A stretch of DNA of 23,413 bases from Candidatus Aenigmatarchaeota archaeon. GTDB lineage: Archaea; Aenigmatarchaeota; Aenigmatarchaeia; Aenigmatarchaeales; JACQIB01. The translations under genes were made by a program, and so were the position numbers. Location: NCBI GenBank assembly GCA_038999215.1, contig JAWABM010000007.1, forward strand, positions 9,580 to 32,992, given 5' to 3'. Positions 15,181-21,772 of this stretch are shown one piece after another (the first letter of the stretch is position 1; every line of letters begins with the position of its first letter). Below the pieces are notes generated by a model. It worked only from the letters and a program-made list of their open reading frames with translations. It was not told the DNA's origin and searched no databases.

Positions 15181-15714
15181 CTACTTGAAGCTCTTCCTGT
15201 ACCACTTGGTCAAGCCGGCCTCGAACCTGTCGAGCGGCAGCCACAACACGGCGAAGCCCACGATAAGGCCGAGCACGGAACCTGCGAGGACGTCCGACGG
15301 ATAGTGCACGCCAAGGTAGATCCTGCTCACCGCGGTGAGAACAGCGAACACGTACACGAGTATGTCCACGCCCTTGTGGAGCTTGGCGAAGATGACGGCG
15401 CCTGCGAACGCGTTGGTCGCGTGCGCAGAGGGGAAGCCGAAGCCAGCCTCGCAGGAGAGCACGCGGCCGGTGGGCCTCGGTATCGCGAAGAACTCCTTGA
15501 GGACGAGCGCTCCGATGTTCCCGAGCACGAGCATTATCGCTATGCCGAGGAAAGACTTCTTGTCCCTGTTCTTGATGAGCAGGAACAGCGCGAAGAATAT
15601 CCAGAAGAATATGCTGCCGTAGTTGGTGACGGAGAGGAAGACGAAGTCCAGCGCAGGATGCGAGAGCCCGGTGTTTATCGCCGTGAAAATGGCCTGATCG
15701 AGTTCAGCGAGCAT
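15181..15714 (-). CDS. PAP2-family membrane phosphatase (polyprenyl-pyrophosphate phosphatase-like)
   Basis: Kx6RP (KEFFAIPRP), FPSAH and SRIYLGVHYPSDV motifs. Start taken at ATG 15714 (MLAELDQAIF), which avoids overlap with the divergent gene and lies just downstream of a TTTTATAA box. Confidence 0.9.
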   Translation of the reverse strand: MLAELDQAIFTAINTGLSHPALDFVFLSVTNYGSIFFWIFFALFLLIKNRDKKSFLGIAIMLVLGNIGALVLKEFFAIPRPTGRVLSCEAGFGFPSAHATNAFAGAVIFAKLHKGVDILVYVFAVLTAVSRIYLGVHYPSDVLAGSVLGLIVGFAVLWLPLDRFEAGLTKWYRKSFK

Positions 15715-15748
15715 AGAAATAATAAGCACCGCCTTATAAAATACTTTC
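15715..15748. promoter_or_regulatory. Compact 34-bp divergent promoter region
   Basis: AT-rich gap. Minus strand TTTTATAA at 15741-15734 lies -27..-20 from ATG 15714. Confidence 0.45.
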
Positions 15749-16321
15749 ATGCCCAAGTGCTTCTACAAGGACATAAGGCTGGAGATGCCCGAAGGCGTTT
15801 ACGAGCCGGCTGAGGACTCGGTCCTCGCGGCCGATTACCTGGCAGGGCTGCGGCCGAAGAAGGCGCTGGACATGGGCAGCGGCTCCGGCATACTCGCGAT
15901 AGTCCTTGCGAAGAACGGGGCCGACGTCACTGCAGTGGACATAGACCCGCTTGCCGTGGAGGCGACGGCCAGGAACGCGGAAGCGAACGGGGTCAAGGTG
16001 AAGGTCGCGGAGTCGGACCTCTTCAGGAACGTGAAGGGCAAGTTCGACCTGATAGTCTTCAACGCGCCCTACATACGCGAGAAGAGGGGCGAAGGCAACA
16101 AGGCCTGGGCAGGCGGGGAGGGCCTGGAAATCATAAGGAGGTTCATCGCAGGCGCGCCGAAGCATCTGGAAAAGGGCGGCTATATTATGTTGGTCATAAG
16201 CTCATTGACCGGTCAGGACGAAGTGATGGGCATGCTCGGCAAGACCGGGCTGAAGGCCGGCGTGGTAGCGGAGAAGAAGGTGGCATGGGAAAAGCTGCTG
16301 CTGGTCGAGGCAAGGTTTTAA
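15749..16321 (+). CDS. HemK2/Mtq2-like SAM-dependent (release factor glutamine) methyltransferase
   Basis: VYEPAEDS.L, motif I LDMGSGSG, FDLIVFNAPY (NPPY-like), AWAGGEGLEIIRRF and ISSLTG. Confidence 0.9.
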   Translation: MPKCFYKDIRLEMPEGVYEPAEDSVLAADYLAGLRPKKALDMGSGSGILAIVLAKNGADVTAVDIDPLAVEATARNAEANGVKVKVAESDLFRNVKGKFDLIVFNAPYIREKRGEGNKAWAGGEGLEIIRRFIAGAPKHLEKGGYIMLVISSLTGQDEVMGMLGKTGLKAGVVAEKKVAWEKLLLVEARF

Positions 16322-16343
16322 ATTGGGGCCGCGAAAGTATATT

Positions 16344-18617
16344 ATGCGCAAACTTGTCATCTGCTTCGCATTGGCGTTCGCGCTCCTTGCGCCGCTCGCC
16401 GCGGCCAAGACAGCGCTCTATGTCACGAAGGACAACTGCGCCAGGCTCACCTGCGATTGCCTGACCGGGAACGACAAGCTGTTCTGCGAAAGGGTAAGGT
16501 CGCTCGGATACGAAGTTATCATCAACACGGAAGGCGACGCCAGGGACAGCAGCTCGATATGGAAGGAGGACAGCAGGAAGGCGGACATGATATTCCTCGG
16601 CGATGCGAGCGATAGCGTGCTCAACAAGACGCAGAGCGCGTTCTGCGGGAACATAATCGCGTCCGGCAAGAAGATATTCGCGACAGGCAGCAACGCCTAC
16701 ATCGGGAACGAGACAACAGGCTGCGCGTTCAGGGCGGGCCTAGCGTCCTACTCCGACGAGGACAACGTGTGCACAGCCGACAACGTGTTCATAAGGTCGT
16801 CCAACTACGTCACCAAGATGTACAATCTCAACAGCATAGTCAAAGCCTACGCAACTGCGGCGCCCATGTACATCCACAGCGGCCCGACATGGATAGGAGT
16901 GCACTGCGACCCGCCCGGAAGCAAGTACCAGACCGAGACGTACTCGGTGATGAACCTCAATGACAAAGGCGCGTTCTGGGGCCTCGGGGATGCGGCCTCG
17001 CTCTCGCCTGAGGGCTGGCAGCTGTTCGACAGGGCGCTGATATACACGATGAACGACTCGGTCTGGAGCGTGGCGACCAAGACGATACCGGAGCACGTGA
17101 GCTCCGGCGAGAAGTTCATTGTGGCATCAAGAATCTATGACAGGGGGCAGCCCGTTACGACGGGCAATGTCACGCTCGCGATAAACGACAGGCCGAGCGG
17201 GAACATGGCATACAATCCGAACTCGGGGCAGTGGGAGATCACAAGCGAAGGGATAACTGCGGACAGCACGATAAGGGTGGTCGCGCTGGAAGGGGAGAGC
17301 CGGCTGAGCCTCAAGGCGGGCAACATAAGCGTCAGGATAATCTCCGGCAGCTACCAGCCCGGCAACTACACCCTGCGGGCCACGGCGTCTGAGGACGCGA
17401 CCCTGACGTACAGGATATGGGACAGCAAGCTCGGGCTCAAGAGGGAAGGCGCGATGGCCAAGGAAGAGGGCTCCTACCAGGCCGTGGTCGCGATGGGCGA
17501 CTGGGGCGATGTCATACTTGAGGTCGACGCAACCGCCAATGGAAAGGAGGGAGGGGCGATGAAGAAAGTGACCAAAGGAGAGGCGGTCGTCTTCGGAACG
17601 GGCTACAGGATAGCGCCGAAGGAATGGGTGGCATCGGCCACGAAGGAGACAACGACCGTCCAGAAGTTCAGGATAATTTCCATGAGCTCGGCAATCACGG
17701 GCCTCAACGTGAGGGTGGGCGGGAGCATCGGCGGCAGGCTCAGCGTGAACACGACGGGAATGAGCACAAGCCTGGCGCCCGGCGAGGAGACTTCCTTCAC
17801 GGCGGAGATATCGACAAACTCCCTAGAGGAGGGCTATTACAGCGGCACGATGATAGTCGACAGCGAGCAGACCTATTACGTCATGCCTGTCAATTTCACG
17901 TACTCGAAGGTCGCGGGCGACTTTCTTGACGTTTCGCCGACAGAGTGGAGCGTGGTCGTCGGCGCAGGCCGGGAAGCGGCGGGCAAGTTCACGCTCAAAA
18001 ACCTGGCGAACTTCCCGGCATCCGGAATCGGATACTCCTTCACAGGAGACCTTGCCGGCATGGCGACAGCGCCCGAAGAGCCGTACTATGTCCCGGGCCT
18101 GGGCACTGCCGAGGCCGTGATAAAAGTCAGCGGGCTCTCGGAAGGAGCGTACGAGGGCGGGATAACCATCACGAGCTCCGCAGGCACGGCCAAGATAAGG
18201 GCGGTCGTGCGCGTGACAAAGGATGTATTCTCATTGGCAGAACAGGCGCTCGGCGAGCTCGACGCGATCGACGCGTCGCTCGGCCAGATAGGCAGCCCGG
18301 CCCAGCTCGCCGGAAGGTCGCTGGACCTGCGCAACAGGCTGCGGCAGGCCGAGAATTACTGGAGCGCGGGCGAATTCGCAGCCGCCGAGGAGGCGTACAA
18401 CTCTGCGGTCCCGGAGCTGGCGAAGCTGAAGGAGGACACGGACATAATGCTGCACCAGCCGCCCTACGGGCTGATAGCAGCGGCCGCGGCCGTCATGATA
18501 GCGATAGCAGCCGGCGCGCTCTTCCTCAGGAAGAGGGCAAAGAAAAAGCCGGAAGAGAAAAAAGAGGAGAAGTACGAGGCGCCCGAAGAGGGCGGCTACA
18601 GGAAGGAATTTTACTAG
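16344..18617 (+). CDS. Large secreted, C-terminally membrane-anchored surface protein (Cys-rich N-domain, beta-rich Ig-like domains, helical stalk)
   Basis: Signal peptide MRKLVICFALAFALLAPLAAA. Thr/Ser/Gly-rich beta repeats (EGYYSGTMIVDS, EGAYEGGITITS). TM segment YGLIAAAAAVMIAIAAGALFL followed by RKRAKKK. TTTTAAAT at -28..-21 supports the start at 16344. Confidence 0.8.
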   Translation: MRKLVICFALAFALLAPLAAAKTALYVTKDNCARLTCDCLTGNDKLFCERVRSLGYEVIINTEGDARDSSSIWKEDSRKADMIFLGDASDSVLNKTQSAFCGNIIASGKKIFATGSNAYIGNETTGCAFRAGLASYSDEDNVCTADNVFIRSSNYVTKMYNLNSIVKAYATAAPMYIHSGPTWIGVHCDPPGSKYQTETYSVMNLNDKGAFWGLGDAASLSPEGWQLFDRALIYTMNDSVWSVATKTIPEHVSSGEKFIVASRIYDRGQPVTTGNVTLAINDRPSGNMAYNPNSGQWEITSEGITADSTIRVVALEGESRLSLKAGNISVRIISGSYQPGNYTLRATASEDATLTYRIWDSKLGLKREGAMAKEEGSYQAVVAMGDWGDVILEVDATANGKEGGAMKKVTKGEAVVFGTGYRIAPKEWVASATKETTTVQKFRIISMSSAITGLNVRVGGSIGGRLSVNTTGMSTSLAPGEETSFTAEISTNSLEEGYYSGTMIVDSEQTYYVMPVNFTYSKVAGDFLDVSPTEWSVVVGAGREAAGKFTLKNLANFPASGIGYSFTGDLAGMATAPEEPYYVPGLGTAEAVIKVSGLSEGAYEGGITITSSAGTAKIRAVVRVTKDVFSLAEQALGELDAIDASLGQIGSPAQLAGRSLDLRNRLRQAENYWSAGEFAAAEEAYNSAVPELAKLKEDTDIMLHQPPYGLIAAAAAVMIAIAAGALFLRKRAKKKPEEKKEEKYEAPEEGGYRKEFY

Positions 18618-18626
18618 GTTTTTCGC

Positions 18627-19457
18627 ATGCCGCTAAACGCAGGTGTGGAGTTCTTCAAGGCCCAGGAGAAGTACCTCAAGGCCAGGACAAGGGAGGAGAA
18701 GATAGCGGCCCTTGAGGAGATGCTTTCCGTCTGCCCGACGCACAAGGGGGCCGAGAACATGAGGGCCGAGCTCAGGGCCAAGCTCGCGAAGCTGAAAAGG
18801 GAGAAGCCGCCAAAATCGGCGAGGCGCACCTTTTCCCTCCCGAAGGAGGGCGACGCCCAGGTATGCATAATCGGGCCGACGCAATCTGGCAAGTCGACGC
18901 TGCTCTCCATACTGACGAACGCGAAGCCCGAGATATCGGACAGGCCATTCACGACGACGGAGCCGCAGGTCGGGATGATGGAGTGGAAGGGCGTCAGGAT
19001 ACAGCTGGTCGAGATACCGTCAACCTGCCAGTCAATCTACATGAACATCGCCCAGAACTCGGACGGCGTGATAATAGTATACGACGGCACGAAAGACGTC
19101 GCAAGGCAAAAGTGGGAGATGGACGAGGTGCTGGCGAGATTCAAGATCAGGAGGCCGTCCATAGAAGTGCTGGGCAAGAAAGCGATAAATTCCGAGGAGC
19201 TGAAGGAGAGCGTGTGGAAGATGCTGGGCCTGATAAGAATATACACCAAGGAGGCGGGGAAAGAGCCGTCGGCCAAGGCGCTCGTGCTGAAAAAAGGGGC
19301 GACTGTCAGGGACGCGGCGAACCGCATACACAAGGACTTTGTCAGGCTGTTCCAGTTCGCGAAGGTCTGGGGCAGGTCGGCCAAGCATCCGGGGGAGAAG
19401 GTGGGGCTCGACCACAGGCTCCAGGACGGGGACATTCTCGAGATAAGGGCGAAATAG
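18627..19457 (+). CDS. DRG/Rbg-like Obg-family GTPase with TGS domain (shortened)
   Basis: N-terminal EEKIAALEEML...PTHKGAENMRAELRAKLAKL, G1 GPTQSGKST, G2 PFTT, LGLIRIYTK and TGS (GATVRDAANRIHKDF...AKVWGRSAKHPGEKVGLDHRLQDGDILEI). Confidence 0.85.
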   Translation: MPLNAGVEFFKAQEKYLKARTREEKIAALEEMLSVCPTHKGAENMRAELRAKLAKLKREKPPKSARRTFSLPKEGDAQVCIIGPTQSGKSTLLSILTNAKPEISDRPFTTTEPQVGMMEWKGVRIQLVEIPSTCQSIYMNIAQNSDGVIIVYDGTKDVARQKWEMDEVLARFKIRRPSIEVLGKKAINSEELKESVWKMLGLIRIYTKEAGKEPSAKALVLKKGATVRDAANRIHKDFVRLFQFAKVWGRSAKHPGEKVGLDHRLQDGDILEIRAK

Positions 19458-19493
19458 CAAATCTTAAAATACGTGAGGAACGTATAATATTGC

Positions 19494-19877
19494 ATGGACA
19501 GGGAAATAATACGCACAAGGGAGGATCTTGACATCTCGGGCGGATGGTACAAGGAGGTCGAGAAGTGCAAGATAAAGTCCAGGAACCTCCTGAACCAGCT
19601 CGTTGCGGTCGACCAGAGCACGTCAATCATCGTAGGGCACCTCACGGCAGCGGACATAGACAGGCTATGGAGGCTGAAATACCCGTACGTGAGGCTGGCG
19701 CTCACGAAACCGGTGAGGTTCAGGGCCGACGGCAGGTTCGACTTCAAGATGGGCGAGGAAGAGATGATATTCATCAACAAGCAGGACATGATAATGAGCA
19801 AGGAGGAGCTCTCGAACAGGCATCCGAACATATTCAAGGAGGTCCAGGCGAAGCTGATAAAGAACCAGTGGTGGTAA
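19494..19877 (+). CDS. Hypothetical protein (127 aa)
   Basis: Fills the gap with host-like codon usage. TTAAAAT box at about -30..-24. No family recognised. Confidence 0.7.
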   Translation: MDREIIRTREDLDISGGWYKEVEKCKIKSRNLLNQLVAVDQSTSIIVGHLTAADIDRLWRLKYPYVRLALTKPVRFRADGRFDFKMGEEEMIFINKQDMIMSKEELSNRHPNIFKEVQAKLIKNQWW

Positions 19878-19879
19878 AG

Positions 19880-20083
19880 ATGGCATTGAGGAACATAGCG
19901 CAGAGGGAGAAGGGCGAGCTGATGTGCCCGAGGTGCGGGCAGAAAATGCTGGTGATAGACGGGAGCTTCATCAAGTGGCTGACGTGCCCGTCGTGCAAGT
20001 ACAGGAAGCTCGAGGAGAAGCCCGAGGAGAAGAAGGTGGCGGTGACGCCGATACTTGATTCGGGGCAGGAGCCCGTGAACTAG
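19880..20083 (+). CDS. Small zinc-ribbon protein (67 aa)
   Basis: MALRNIAQREKGELMCPRCGQKMLVIDGSFIKWLTCPSCKYRK... has two CPxC knuckles. ATG at 19880 lies 2 nt after the upstream stop, with a GGTGGT SD-like motif. This is the 3' part of track ORF 19544..20083. Confidence 0.72.
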   Translation: MALRNIAQREKGELMCPRCGQKMLVIDGSFIKWLTCPSCKYRKLEEKPEEKKVAVTPILDSGQEPVN

Positions 20084-20102
20084 GCTTCCTATCTTTTTCT
20101 TC
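20081..20102 (+). terminator. Possible oligo-T archaeal terminator
   Basis: Short TAGG-CTT-CCTA hairpin followed by TCTTTTTCTT directly after the stop codon. Confidence 0.35.
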
Positions 20103-20137
20103 AGCATTCCCAAAAGGCGGAGGAAAAGCGGCATTAG

Positions 20138-20151
20138 GCAAACTTTTATAA
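20138..20151 (+). promoter_or_regulatory. Putative BRE/TATA for gatD
   Basis: GCAAAC followed by TTTTATAA at 20144-20151, which is -30..-23 from the second ATG (20174). Confidence 0.5.
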
Positions 20152-20167
20152 TGAAGCGCGCTGAATT

Positions 20168-21502
20168 ATGCGTATGCTTGAAAACTATTCTGCGGCAGCA
20201 AGGAAAGTCCTGGGCGGCGCGGGCGTTGGCGACAAGCTGACCTTGGAGAAGGCGGGCACAATCTACGAAGGCGTGCTCATGCCCAGGATAAACGCAGGCG
20301 ACAGGGACTGCATAGTCCTCAAGCTGAAAAACGGCTATAATCTGGGGATAAAAGCGGAGAAGGGGGTGAAGGTCTTGAAGAGCGAAAAGGCGAAGCCAAA
20401 GGAGAAGGCAAAGGAGATAATTTTGCCTTTCGATGCGAAAAAGCCGACAATAGCGATAATAGGCACAGGGGGGACGATAGCCAGCCGAGTCGATTACCAG
20501 ACAGGAGGGGTTGTTCCGGTGAACAGCGCGGGCGACCTTGTGAACTCGATACCTGAGCTGAAGGGCATGGCTAACCTGAGATGCAGGGTGCTCTTCGAGA
20601 TGTTCTCCGAGGACATGAACTTCTCGCACTATTCGGACATAGCCAAGGCCGTCGCCGACGAGATAAGGAAAGGATGCGACGGGGTGATAATAACGCACGG
20701 AACGGACACGATGCACTACACGGCTGCCGCGCTCTCGTTCGCCCTGCGGGAACTTCCGGTGCCGGTCGTGCTCGTGGGCTCGCAAAGGTCCGCGGACCGC
20801 GGCTCGAGCGACGCGGCCATGAACATGATATGCGCCGCGAACTTCATCATAAAGTCGGACTGGTCCGGCGTGGGGATATGCATGCACGGCACGCTATCGG
20901 ACGACTACTGCCTTATACACGAGGGCACAAGGGTCAGGAAGATGCACAGCTCGCGCAGGGACGCGTTCCAGAGCGTGAACGCCACGCCGATAGCGAAGGT
21001 GCTGCTCGACGGCAGCGTGGAGATGCTGAGGAAGGAATACGCGAAGAAGGACAAGGCGCGCAAGCCGAAAGTGATAGAGAAATTCGAACGCAAGGTCGGC
21101 CTGCTGAAAATCTACCCCGGAATCGATCCGGCAATCTTCAGGGCGTTCTCAAAATTCAGAGGGGTGGTGCTCGAGGGCACCGGGCTCGGCCACGCGAGCA
21201 TAACAGAAACCGACAAATATACCGCCCAGAACAGGAAGATATTCGAGGAGCTGAAGAAGCTTGCGAAGAAGAGCGTCGTCGTTATGTCGTCCCAATGCAT
21301 AAGCGGCCGCGTCAACATGAGCGTCTATTCCACCGGCAGGCGCCTGCAGGAGATAGGAGTCGTCTCAGGCGAGGACATGACGCCCGAGGTCGCATTGGTG
21401 AAGCTCGCCTGGCTGCTGGCGAACGAGCCAAAGAAGGCGCGCGAACTCGTGGGCCAGAACCTTGCGGGCGAAATATCAAACAGAGGTGAAGTGACATTCT
21501 AG
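20168..21502 (+). CDS. gatD: Glutamyl-tRNA(Gln) amidotransferase subunit D (true start possibly 20174)
   Basis: N-terminal GatD domain (YEGVLMPR...IVLKLKNGYNLGI) and asparaginase motifs GTGGTIASRVDY.TGGV, HGTDTMHYTAAAL, GSQRSADRGSSD and RKMHSSRRDAF. Confidence 0.97.
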   Translation: MRMLENYSAAARKVLGGAGVGDKLTLEKAGTIYEGVLMPRINAGDRDCIVLKLKNGYNLGIKAEKGVKVLKSEKAKPKEKAKEIILPFDAKKPTIAIIGTGGTIASRVDYQTGGVVPVNSAGDLVNSIPELKGMANLRCRVLFEMFSEDMNFSHYSDIAKAVADEIRKGCDGVIITHGTDTMHYTAAALSFALRELPVPVVLVGSQRSADRGSSDAAMNMICAANFIIKSDWSGVGICMHGTLSDDYCLIHEGTRVRKMHSSRRDAFQSVNATPIAKVLLDGSVEMLRKEYAKKDKARKPKVIEKFERKVGLLKIYPGIDPAIFRAFSKFRGVVLEGTGLGHASITETDKYTAQNRKIFEELKKLAKKSVVVMSSQCISGRVNMSVYSTGRRLQEIGVVSGEDMTPEVALVKLAWLLANEPKKARELVGQNLAGEISNRGEVTF

Positions 21503-21771
21503 AGAACTTCTCCGGCGAGCTCGCGATCCTGGCAAGCATATTCGGGCCGCTGCTGGCCCTGGCATATTTCCCGCAGGCGCTCAAGATATGGAAAAGGAAG
21601 AGCGCGGAAGACATATCGCCGGCCATGTTCGGGACGGCCTTTCCCTGCCTGATAATATGGCTGCTCTACGGGCTGAGCATCAACAACTTTCCGCTGATAG
21701 CATCGAATGTCATAGCGGTGATAGGATGCGGCTCGATAATCTTGCTGTATTTCAAATACAAGAGAGGGTAG
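21496..21771 (+). CDS. SemiSWEET/PQ-loop transporter (91 aa), apparent non-canonical ATT start
   Basis: Not in the ORF track. Manual translation: ILENFSGELAILASIFGPLLALAYFPQALKIWKRKSAEDISPAMFGTAFPCLIIWLLYGLSINNFPLIASNVIAVIGCGSIILLYFKYKRG*. It has the PQ..K..K.KSA.DIS, WLLYG and PLI.SN motifs. In-frame TGA at 21487-21489 and no ATG/GTG/TTG before the PQ motif. SD GAGGTGA lies 6 nt before ATT 21496. Confidence 0.85.
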   Translation: MLENFSGELAILASIFGPLLALAYFPQALKIWKRKSAEDISPAMFGTAFPCLIIWLLYGLSINNFPLIASNVIAVIGCGSIILLYFKYKRG

Positions 21772-21772
21772 G

